Positions 1 through 11,500 of a DNA stretch of 64,000 bases are shown in pieces. The stretch lies in the NCBI RefSeq assembly GCF_036321535.1, contig NC_087437.1, positions 79,982,001 to 80,046,000 on the forward strand, in the 5' to 3' direction. The position numbers were made by a program, and so were the translations under genes. A model generated the notes under the pieces. The model made no database searches. It worked only from the letters and a program-made list of their open reading frames with translations, and had not been told where the DNA came from. How positions within the stretch are numbered: the stretch's first letter is position 1; every line of letters begins with the position of its first letter. This DNA comes from Camelus dromedarius (Eukaryota).

Positions 1-575
1 GCGTCAGGCTGGTCTGGGCAGTGCCCACCGGGGAGAGCCTTGCAAATAATAACAAAAGATCCACCTACTTCAGCACCGCAGTACCTTCCGTGTTTCTTTC
101 ACTGAGGACCATGATACTTGAATAAACTTGCTGTTTTTTTCCAACATAACTAACCTATTGCTAGTCATTCTATTTGAGAGGAAGCCTCTCCTTTGGCAGA
201 GCAGCTTAGAGAGAGGGTGAGTGTAGCCAGTCACGGCTCCTGTCTGAGGCCTTTGCTCTGTCCACAGGGTGGCCTAGGGTAGAACAGAACATCAAGAAGG
301 GAGAGAGAGGAATTTTTCAAAGGCCTCTGACAAATGGGGAGATGAAAGAAAACAAATACATTCTGTTCGCTTCCCAGGGATAATGAGACAAACGTTTCTG
401 AGGGAGCCAAGAAATGTCATATAAATTATAAATTTAAGAGCTAGATTGTACCTTGGCGCTACAATGGACCTTATATTATTGAATTCTTTCACTCCACAAA
501 TAAGGAAAACTGGGGTTCAGAAAGCTGTGTTGATTTTCCCAAGGTCCCAAAGTGAATTAGTCAGCGAGAGAGAGA

Positions 576-778
576 GTTGACAAAGTGGAGGTTAGGGATA
601 CCGACCTGCCACAAAGTCAGAAATTCTTACAGTCAGCCTTCCCTGCATCACACTTCCACTTCTGTGCATTCAACCAACTGCAGCTCATGCAGTACTGTAA
701 TACGTATTTATTGAAAAAAAAAAAATCCATGTATAAGTACACCCGAGCAGTTTAAACCTTTGTTGTTCAAGGGTCAAC

Positions 779-782
<4 letters not shown>
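576..782. mobile_element. Tigger2/MER8-family TcMar MITE
   Basis: Ends in TGTTGTTCAAGGGTCAACTG+TA, the Tigger2-family TIR plus TA target. The left TIR is partly deleted. Confidence 0.75.
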
Positions 783-784
<2 letters not shown>

Positions 785-816
<32 letters not shown>

Positions 817-870
817 TATACATATGTGTGTGTGTATACATATATATGCACACATATATACATACATACA
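785..870. repeat. (TG)n microsatellite with degenerate TA/CA extension
   Basis: Read directly from the sequence. Confidence 0.9.
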
Positions 871-896
871 TGGGGGAATATTTATTATAAGAACTT

Positions 897-1250
897 AGGG
901 GGAGGACTACCAGGATGGTGGAGTAGAAGGACACGGTGCTCACCCTCTCCCATGAATACAAAAAAAAACTACATCTACATATGGAACAATTCACACAAAA
1001 CACCTACTGAACTTTGGTAGAGTATCTCTTACTTTTGTAATTACAAAGAAAGTCCTCACCAAATCGGATAAACAGTAAGTTTATACCATACAGCACAGGG
1101 AACTATATTCAATATCTTGTAGTACCTAATAGTGAAAAAGAACATGAAATGAATATATGTATGTTCATGTATAACTGAAACATTATGCTGTACACCAGAA
1201 ATTGACACAACATTGTAAACTGACTATACTTCAATTGAAAAAAAAAAAAA
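897..1250 (+). mobile_element. Mini-L1: ~170 bp L1 5' end fused to ~170 bp L1 3' end + poly(A)
   Basis: 897-1067 resembles 21235-21390 (start of the long L1). 1068-1235 resembles 25815-25980 (its 3' end). A poly(A) tail follows, and AAGAACTT is duplicated at 889-896 and 1251-1258. Confidence 0.85.
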
Positions 1251-2500
1251 AAGAACTTGGCTTACATGATCATGGAGACTGAGAGGTCCCAAGATCTGCA
1301 GTCAGCTGGAGACCCAGAAGAGCAAATGTTTCTATTTCCAGTCGGAATGCTGGCAGGCTCGAGACCTAGGAAGAGCCATTGTTTCCACTGAAGTCTGAAG
1401 GTAAGGAAAAAACCGTGCCCTAGCTCCTGTTCAGGCTGGAGGAGGAATTCTCCTTCTAGTTGAGGTATGGCCAGCTTTTCGTTCTCTTCAGGCCTTCAAG
1501 TGATTGGATGGGGCCCACCCACACTAGGGAGGACAATCTCCTTGACCCAGTCTACCCATTCAAATGCTAATCTCTTCCAGAAAGATCCATGCCAACAACC
1601 CAAAATAGTAACGTTGGGCCTAAATGTCTGGGCACTCTGTGGCCCAGTCAAGCTGACAGAGAGAGTTAAACATCACATACAGCTTGCTGGGGGAGATTCC
1701 AGCCTTGGTCAGCTATCCTGGCTTCTAGACTGGTTCTCCTTGCACTGTGCTGCATTGCCCATTCAAGGCATCTGAATGAGCCTGGGTGATTCATTTTAAT
1801 CATGTTAAGATCCCTTCAGATGAACTATGTGGGACATTCATCTGCTGATTTTTGGATTAGAAAAGTAATTATTAAATTACATTTGAAGCTCTTAGGAGCC
1901 CAGAACAATGAGCTGGAAAGAGGCGTTCCTGCATAGATAATTAGTGCCCTATCTACAGAATTAGACTTGTGATAGAATGTGTCCTCCGCCTGAGTCCCTG
2001 TAACATCCTGTAGGAGAGTCTGTAAAACCAGTGCTGAGGAGTGGTCTCTCTCCAACACTGTTCATTTCCACCACCACGCTCCCTTAAGAGCTACGAAAGT
2101 CCATAAAACAATACCACATCATGTTCAGTTTCCTGAATATTACATCAGTTGGTCTTCACAGAACAGACGAAATCATTCACTCAGTACTTTTCCTGGAAGA
2201 CATACTGGCAAACTTCACTTCTGGGTTCTTTTTTCCATCCTCTGACGGTTACCACCAGGAATTTGGGGATGGAGGATACACGTCATCACTAAGACATGAA
2301 TCTATATCGAGTCCGCCCATGTGCGTATTTCTCCACTAAAACAGAGCACATGGGCTTTCTGTCAAAGAAGCTTCACAAAACAGTGGCTACAAAAAGGGGA
2401 TAAATTCCAATTATTTCCCTGAAATGATCTGGTAATGACAAATCTTTTTTTTTTTTTTTTTTTTTTGTAAACATGTGGCAACCTTATCTTCTGCATTGGA

Positions 2501-2542
<42 letters not shown>

Positions 2543-2570
2543 ACATATATGTATGTGTGTGTGTATATGT
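2501..2570. repeat. (TA)n(TG)n microsatellite
   Basis: Read directly from the sequence. Confidence 0.9.
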
Positions 2571-4789
2571 ACATTCACTGGGATAAGGGTGATTCCATCT
2601 TTGTTCAGAACTTCAGGTTATTTGTGTATTGATGGGGATGGTCTAGGCTCATTTTCTGTGCTCTGAGAGATCTGAGCCCGCCTGAGTATTTCTCCAAATG
2701 AGAAAGCAAAAACAATTATATCATTTCTATTTCATTTCAGCTTACTTAATAAAGGAGAAACAAGAGAGTTTAAAATTAATTGCAAGAGCCAGACTAGTCC
2801 TAGGCAAGTTAATGAGAGCTTTTATGAGCTGTAATTTTTATTTATTTATTTGCCCAATTAATTATTTATTATATGCATTGGATATGGCCAGTGTATAATA
2901 GCCTTCTGGGTGCATTTAATGCTGTAATTACCCCAAAACAAGCCCTGCCTTTACAACTTGTAACCTAATCAGACTCAGGAAAGCAGAACATTCACATATG
3001 GAGTAAATGGAATTTGCTGAACTCTCCCTCAAATGGAGGTTTCAAGGAAATTTCTTTCTATCCAATAAAAGGCTGGGCTGATTTCTATGTGTGTACATCA
3101 ATCAGTGAGTCAATCAGTAAATCGTTAGTCACCTACTATGTGGAAGACACTATGGTAGGCAAGATGAGGAGAGGAAAAAAGCATACAACGTGCTATACAT
3201 CCTGAAGCAAAACTAGCAGTGACTACCTATTTGTACCAGCCACATATATCCTCTTTCAAAGCGTGACATTAACTCAACAACAAAGATGTTATCCCCATCC
3301 CCCATCTTACAGACCAGAAAACTGATTCAGTAGTTTGAATGATCCGTATCAACAGTTTCCCTGTCGGCTATAACACCAACCAGACATAACATATGTTCCC
3401 ATTCTAGGTGAGATTTAGAAAATGAATTCACTTGCTTCCATATAGATTGAATAAAACTAATACTTTTATATTGTTTTTATTAGGTGAAATTCACATAACT
3501 TAAAACTAGCCGAAGTGTAGCAGTCGTTAGCATCTACTACATTCACAATGAGAGAAAATTTATATTTTAACTTGTCTAATTTGTTGATGTCTTAGAGAGA
3601 ACACTCCCACTGACCCAGGTGTCCAAATTTTAGTTCTTACTAATCCAAACCAGCTTTGTGACCTTGGCTAGGTTGCTGAGTTTCTCTAGAACTGAGATCT
3701 GTCTCTGGAGAATAGTCAATGATTTTCACTGTTTGTATCAAAATCACCTTGAGAAGTGAAATAAATATCTGGCCCTGGTCCATCCCCAGAGTCTAATTCA
3801 GTGGATTTGGCATGTGTGATTTTTTTTAACAAGCTAAATTTAGGAAATATTTGACTTGATAATTTCTAAGATTCCTTCACAACTTTATATTTTATGATTC
3901 TGAGAATCATGATTTCATAGTGCAAAGCTGGAGTTACCAAAAAAGCTCCATTTTGGGGGAAAAAAAAACTGAAATCAGAGAGAGGAGCATTAGATGTAAC
4001 ATTTGTATAAAGCTATCTGACAGTTTTTAAATGATTGAAATTATTCAGAAAACTACATACAAAGTGGATGTCTTCCAATGAAGAGTAAAAAAAGCACCTG
4101 CATTGTTAATCATCCCATTACTTTCCAACCTCCATCCCAAGAAGTACATTTACCAAATTACATCCACTGGGATTTTCAAGCAAAAGTAGCTAAAAAAAAA
4201 AAGTACACAACATATGAAAAACAGTCCCAACTAAACCAATTCCTCCTGGACAGCTTAAGAGTTTCCCCACAGTAAAATAATCTCTAAAATCCAGGTTATC
4301 TAGGGAAATGAGACAGGTGGTAGCCCGGTACTAATTTCAGTTACAGTAAATGTGATTAGCTCATTGTTTGTTGATTCAATGACAGCTAACAATTACACAA
4401 AATATAGCAATAGGAACCAGAGATCACAAATTCAAAGTCCACAACCAGTTACATGCACAACACTGCTAATGTGAGCAAGGAAACTTCCAGGTCTAAATTG
4501 TCAAAGATAAGCTAAAAACTCAAACTGATATCCTCAACCATAAGCAAACCCACTTCCTAAGTAAACTCAACTTTGTCACTTGCTAGTATTTCTGAGGGAA
4601 ACAGAGGATCTCAGTTTAAGGGTTTAGGAAATGAAATTTCTTACCAGGACGGGTTGTCAGATAAGAATTTCTTGTGTATGATGAACAGACTGGTTGGAAA
4701 TGCCTCCAGTCTGGTAATCAGCCTGACGCACAAGCTCTACTCCAACAGCGTGCCCATTCCTTCAGGGAGGGTGGGGGAGCGTCTGTGGG

Positions 4790-5000
4790 ACAGAGGCATG
4801 TGAAAAGTCTCCCAGGCCGGGAAGTTCCTTTCCTTTCTGAGAACCCAGGAGGCCAACGTGGTTGGAGTGAAGTGAGTAAAAGAGCGGCCATGGGCAGAGC
4901 TGAATTTGGAAGGACTGGCCAGATCAACATCCTTGTCCACCCCTGAAAGAATTTGAGCATCCTAATGTAATGGGAAGTCACTGAGGTTTATTCTCTCCGG
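4790..5000 (-). mobile_element. L2 LINE fragment
   Basis: ggaggccaacgtggttggagtgaagtgag...aatgggaagtcactgagg resembles the antisense L2 body. Confidence 0.5.
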
Positions 5001-8000
5001 CGGCCACGTGTAGGATGCACTGGAGGACAACAGGAGAGGCCAGGAGATAAGTAGACATGCTGTGTCTACCCAGTAGCTGGCCAGCACCATCTTCATGGTC
5101 ACCAAGACAACACTCCCCTCATGTATAAAGAGCATCTAGCCACACCCTCAAGACCCAGATAGAGTATCTCCCTCTGTTATGTTATCCCTTTATTCTACGT
5201 ATACTTCTTTCACTTGGCATCATATATTTCATATATTTCTGGTACTATACTAAAATAAATAATATAAATGAGGTACTTCTCACTGTCTAACACATAATAA
5301 TTCCTTTTCTTTCTTCTGAGCTCCAGATAGTGACTGCTCATCTTCTCTCTTCTGTAAGGAAGACTGCTATGCATTACTTTAACTAGAAGTTACCAGTAAT
5401 GCCACAATCAAAGGAGTTTGCAGAGCAAGACCGGTAAGGAAAAAGAGGAAGGAAGGAAATGTTGGCAAAGTTGGGGTGTCAGCCATGGATATGGAAAGCC
5501 AGGCAAAGAATCAGGGCTTTGGCGAGCCAGGATGGTAAGAACTTGCAGGAGTATGAAGACAGAATGAAGGAAAGAATGGTCCTTTGGGAATGCCTGGGAT
5601 AGGCTGACTTTACTTGGAGGGAAGCACACCAGCCATGCGTAAGTGGTCAGAAAAGGGGTGAACAGTCCCTGCGTCCTCTTCACTGATACATCCCCTGTCA
5701 ATGCCTAGGGCCAGGCACATACGAAAAGCTCAGAAGTGCTGTAGCACGATTATAAATAACAGATGCTTCAACGAGAAACAAGCATTTAACTGAAGTATGA
5801 TCAAAACTACCTTGAGGAAAGGATGGCAGAGCACAGGGAGAATGGCTCTACCTGGCCTCACATGGTATGGAAAATTCAAGCATGTTCTGGTCTTGTAGGT
5901 AACGCTCATATAAACAACATGAACATAACCAAAGAAGAGTGGCCGTGGCTTGATTGCTGGAAGGCAGAGAAGAAGGAAAACAAAAGAAGAAACACGGATA
6001 AATACATTTTACTAACAAGACAGCTTGCATAACTGATTCATGGTAAAGAAGCACAAAGATATCAGAGGCCCCTTTCTGAAGAGCACCAGTAATACGATCC
6101 AGACCTAACAGTGTGGTTTAAACCCCGGGAGCATTTTCTCTCGTTTCCATCTTTGCCATGACATTTTCCTTTTAAGTTTAAATTATTGGCCTAGGCCTGT
6201 CATCCACCCCTTCTTTCTGGCAAAAGTCACTGTCTAGCCATTTGAGCTCAGAGCCAGTGCTCACTGAACCAATGAATGAATGATTCATCCATTTCTTCCA
6301 ATTCCTGATAAGGGTGGAACTCTATCCAGTAGTCATTCATAGGAACACTACCACCCCCAAAAAACTCAGTCAAAGTTCCAGTGCCCCTAAAAAGCAGCAA
6401 TCCTCAAAGCCCCAACTCCTGGGTAAACCTCCGAGGCTCATCATAGGAAACTATGGAAGCAAAATGCTGACAAGGGAGACAGGCTAGAGGTGAAGAATCT
6501 GACTAGTTCTGATTCACACTGTGCAGATCCTCACTGTCAGGTAAGGACTGATGGGGTCCAGGCACCAGACACTGTGGTGAGTGCTGGGAGGGTGTAGAGC
6601 TGTGTGCATGTGGGACAGAGCATTCTCAGGAAGAACATCTAGCTTCCAGTAGACGTGACTGTTGGAGAGGGTGCTGGCAACTGTGGAACTACCCCAGGAT
6701 TTGGCCCTGTGAACCGCCTCCATAAAAAGTAATCTCTCATCTTGTAACCATGCTTCTCTTTGATTTGACTCTCCTCCACACCTTCCACACACATGCAGAC
6801 ACACACCAAGGTTTGCACAAGACAACCAAAAATCTAAAACTGATGCTAACAGCAAGCTAAGACAGATAATCAAAACAAAGTGGAAAAGAATGCCTTGGGA
6901 GCAAATAACATAGTATGCTTGGATGAACTTGCCTTATGTAGCCTTTTCCGAAATGTATTTTTTCAGACAGATGCTTTTGTTCTCATATTCAATAACATCA
7001 GAAAAAATAGGAAGGGATAAAAATGGCTTACAGGGTAAGGACACAGCACTGGGAAATGTAGGTGGATCAGCTGTACACCTTGTGTAACCCCAGCCCTCAA
7101 CAGAAACCATACTTGTTTTCAACCTGACAGAGTCTCCAATTCCCTACATACCCACCAGACTAAGGCATAAATTAGATGCCAGAATCTTCAATACATACTA
7201 ATTTTCTGATTAAATTCATGAGTGATAAATGATTTGAATGTACATTTGGATCTGCTAGTTTTTCACCTTGATGGATAAAATTACTTATTTCCCTTTGGTG
7301 AGTTAAAGGCAGTTACTTACCAGCCTCTCCTGAATCTAGTTCCATAAACATTCATTGTAAGTCTTATTTTAAAAGCTCTAGTGTTTTCCTTCCCCTAGCC
7401 AAGGTATAAAATTTGGTTCTGACTTGTTTAAGGCATCCCCTCATCTCATTACCATAGCCTGTTCATATAAATAGTATAAATAAAAATTTAAAAAGAAGGG
7501 AACATTACATTCATGCCTTAAACTTGCGTAAGTTTTTATTTAAACATAGCTAATTAATAAGTATTCAATTTGAATATGCTATGCCTTTCTCATGCTAACA
7601 AACATAATTCCTTTTGAAACTCTGTGCAAGCAATCAAATAGTTTATATGGCAGCTTCTATACCAGGTTCTAATTATTCTGCGTGAAGATAGGTAATGTAA
7701 TTAACCACCATCAATTCCTGAAGAGGAAATAGCAAGTTCTTTGTTCTACGAATAGAGATGTGTTCGGCAGTCATTAACCACCTTAACTTTCTGTTCCATA
7801 AGTAGTGATAAAATTGGTAATCTTTAAAGAGTTGAGACATAGATAGTTTGCCTAAGATTATGAGTGGAATCACTTTTAGGATAAGCATTTAAAATATGTG
7901 GAGTATTTAAAGATTTAAATCAAGCAAAGCCCTAGACCACAGTGTACAAGATATGAAATATCCAATGAAATCAGATGGTGAACAAGCACACTTAATGATA

Positions 8001-8599
8001 CTTTTCATTCCTATTTCGTTGATTAGCTAAAATCTGAGAAACCCAAAGTAAACAAAGCCAAAATATTTCCCCTTTAGCAGGTGTGGGAAAGAATGTGGAG
8101 GAATAAAAGAGATACATTTACTTAATCTTTTTATTGTAAGCAAAACAGCAGGTACCAAGGCCTAAATTCCTTTAAAAAAAAATCCATCTAACTAGCAAAA
8201 TTTAGGTTGCCCCATCCATGTTGAATAAATTCGCTTGAATTAATCTTCATTTCCCTAGACTCTTTTTTGTCAGAATTAGTTAGGACTCTTCTTGTGGTAA
8301 GTGACAGACCCAAGTTAAACTAAGTCAAAGGAAAACAGCGAAATGTAGTGGTCAACACCAGAAATGGCACTGAATCAACAAACCATGAGAAATATACAGA
8401 TGCTAGAAATTAAAGTCAGATCGTTAACCAAATGATTAATTTCCTCCCTCTCTCACTTATATCTGAGATAAACACAGTTTATAGAGCAAGTAAAACAGGA
8501 TTTTTGAATATATCCTTGAAGACTTGTGCAAGAATATTATAATCTTTTTAAAAATCTTATAAATAGAGGGGACTTTTGTATCTAGATACAATGAGTTAT

Positions 8600-11500
8600 C
8601 TGGATTGATTAATACTAAATCAATCCCTTCTGACATGAATAATTATAAAGCTGGACAAGATGTATGAGACCCCTATTTTTAGGCACTGGATGACAGGCAG
8701 TGCAATACTGCAGACCTTGAGGGAAGAGGAATCCCATGAGATGAGTCCCAAAATCACCCCAGTTTTCATCCTGGAGACAATTTTCTGACCTTGGCACAGT
8801 GAGCTGGAATTCAGAGAGAATACGGAGGTCCTACTGAGTTAAGGAGGGAGATAATAGGATTTAGGGGAGTTGGAGCAGCTGAATTCTGAAGGCCAGGGCA
8901 TCAAACAGGAAGAAACAATGGAGGGGATGGGCAGAAGTGTCTGTATGAGGGTTCGGGCTAGCCCTTTATTAAAGGCTGGGCTGCCTATGTGCAAGGTGAG
9001 ACTTTATCAGACTTACCAGAAAACAGGTGGCATAGGGTTGAGCTCAACATTAGATGCTGAATACTGCTGGAAGCTTCAGTCTTATTCAGACAGAGATACA
9101 GATCCATAGGTAATAAAACAGAAGGGGTATCCTGGCAATCCAGTTGAGACATTACAAAGTTGGGTACAGACTGCTCTAGACCTGCCCAAAAAAATGAAGA
9201 ACCAGGCCCTGACAACCAACATCAAGAAATATGTAATTTGGAGGAATTTGAATGCTGGAATGTTGTGGTGTCTTGGGAAATACTTCATGGTTCTGTCAGA
9301 TCTGCATTAACCAAGCAAAAATCATGCTTACACAAATCAAGGTGTTTAATGAACAACTGAATTTCTTACTAGAACAAAATTAAGACACTTAGAAGATAAC
9401 AGAATTCATATTCTCTACAATGTATTATCCAAAATGTAGTGTACATTTAGTGTAAACAATATAGTGTAAACAAAGATGTTAAACAGACTATTGTAAATAC
9501 ATTCTAAGAACTAAAGAAAAATATATGCAAAGATTAAAGGAAAATATGGTATTAATAAGTAAACTAAAAGGGGTCTTTAGCAGAAAAGGAAAAGTTAAAA
9601 TAAAAAAAGAATCAAATGGAGATTCTGTAACTTAAAAGTAATGAAATAAAAAAGAAAATTACTGAAAGGGCTTATCAACAAATGAGAGAAGGACTCAGCA
9701 AATTTGATGATTGGTCAACAGAAATTATCCAATCTGAAGAATAGCAAGAAGACTGAAGAAAACTGAAGAGAGCAATAGTGACCTGGATGATAGAAAAATG
9801 GTCTTAACATGTATGTAACTTGAGTTCTATAAGTAGAAGAGATGCTGAATGTAACATAGAAGTATTTGAGGAAATAATGGTCCAATTTTTCCAAGTTTTG
9901 ATGAAAAACACTGATTTATGTACTCAAATTCAACAAACCTTGAATAGGCTAAATACAAAGAAAACATCTATTACATCATACTCAAACTACTAAAAAGAAA
10001 ATATAAGGAGAAATTCTTGAATAATAGTCAGAGAAAAGAGACCCATTACATACAAGGAGAAAACAATCAACTGAGAGCTAACAATTATATCAATTATAGC
10101 TGATTTTTCAAGAGAAATAATGGAAAGCAGAAGATAACACAAGAACATTTTTTTAAATGCTAAAAGAAAAAATCTGTCAACCCAGAATTCTGTATCGAGT
10201 GAAAATACCCTTCAAAAACAAGAATAAAATAAAGGCATGTTCAAATAAATTAAATCTGACAGAATTCTTTAACAGTAAGACTTCACTAAAAGAAATGTAA
10301 AAACAAAGATGTTCAGAATGAGGGAACATAATGCAAGATGGAAACTCATCTCTATTGGAAGATATAAAAACACTGAAAACGGTAAATAAAGAGGTAAAAT
10401 AAACTACTACTTTTATGACATTTGTTGAAGAAAACAATGTGAAAATGATAGTATAAAAATGAAGATGTGAGTAAATGAAATTAAATTGTTGTAAGTTTAT
10501 TAAATGTATCAAGAAGGAAATGGAAGGAAGTGTCAGATGTGAAGTGAAAAGTAGGAAGTGGAAGTCATGCAATATTAACGTTACACAGACTTCAGTAAGT
10601 TAGGCTGCATATTTTTTAGGCCTAGAACAACAACAACAACTAAACAAATAAATAAATAAATCTTAGGAAAAGAATAGAAATAAGTAAAAAAGAAATTTAG
10701 TACTAAAAATACTGAATTAGTCTCAAAGAAGGTAGGAAACGAATAAAGACCTAAAAAGGTAAAAGGAAACAAATGAAGAATAAATAGCAAAATGAAAAAG
10801 GTATCCTACTAAATGGGAGAAGATATTTACAAAACATTTATCCAATAAGGAATTAATTCACAAAGTAGATAAAGAATCCACACAACTCAATAACAACAAA
10901 AAACCCAAGTAAATGGGCAGAGCATATGAATAGTTTTCCAAAGAAGACATACAGATGGCCAACAGGCACATGAAAAGATGCTCAATATCACAAATCACAA
11001 CCACAATGAGATATTACCTCACAGTTGTTAGAATGACTATTCTCTAAAATACACAAAATAACAAATGTTGGAGAGGTTTTGGAGAAAAGGGAACCCTCGT
11101 ACACTATTGCTGAGACTATAAATTTATGCAATCACTATAAAAAACAGTATGGAAATTCCTCAAAAACTTAAGACTAAAACTATCATATGACCCAGCTATT
11201 CCACTTCTGGGTTTTTATGCAAAGCACACAAAAACACTAATTTGAAAAAAATATATGCACCCCTATGTTCAGTGCAACATTTTTTTACATTAGCCAAGAT
11301 ATGGAAAAAACCTGAGCATCCATTGAATGCACATGAATAAAGAAGCTGTGATGTGTGTGGTATATATGTATAAACAAATATATATAAAAACAATGGAATA
11401 TTTCTTAATCATAAAAAAGAATGAAATATTGCCATTTGCTACAACATGGATGGATCTTGAAGGTATTAGGCTAAGTGAATTAAGTCAGAGAAAAACAAAT

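Larger units (their letters stand above)
553..1677 (-). mobile_element. MLT2-type (ERVL) LTR, interrupted by a Tigger MITE, a microsatellite and a mini-L1
   Basis: The right end ggcccagtcaagctgaca...aaacatcaca is the reverse complement of the MLT2 5' end. The body (1259-1677) resembles the reverse complement of the LTR at 43730-44219. The left boundary (tgaattagtcag) is tentative. Confidence 0.75.

Noticed and set aside
685..1020. His/Thr- and Cys/Val-rich ORFs (also at 2362-2666 and 52328-52847)
   Set aside because: These are translations of (TG)n/(CA)n microsatellites.
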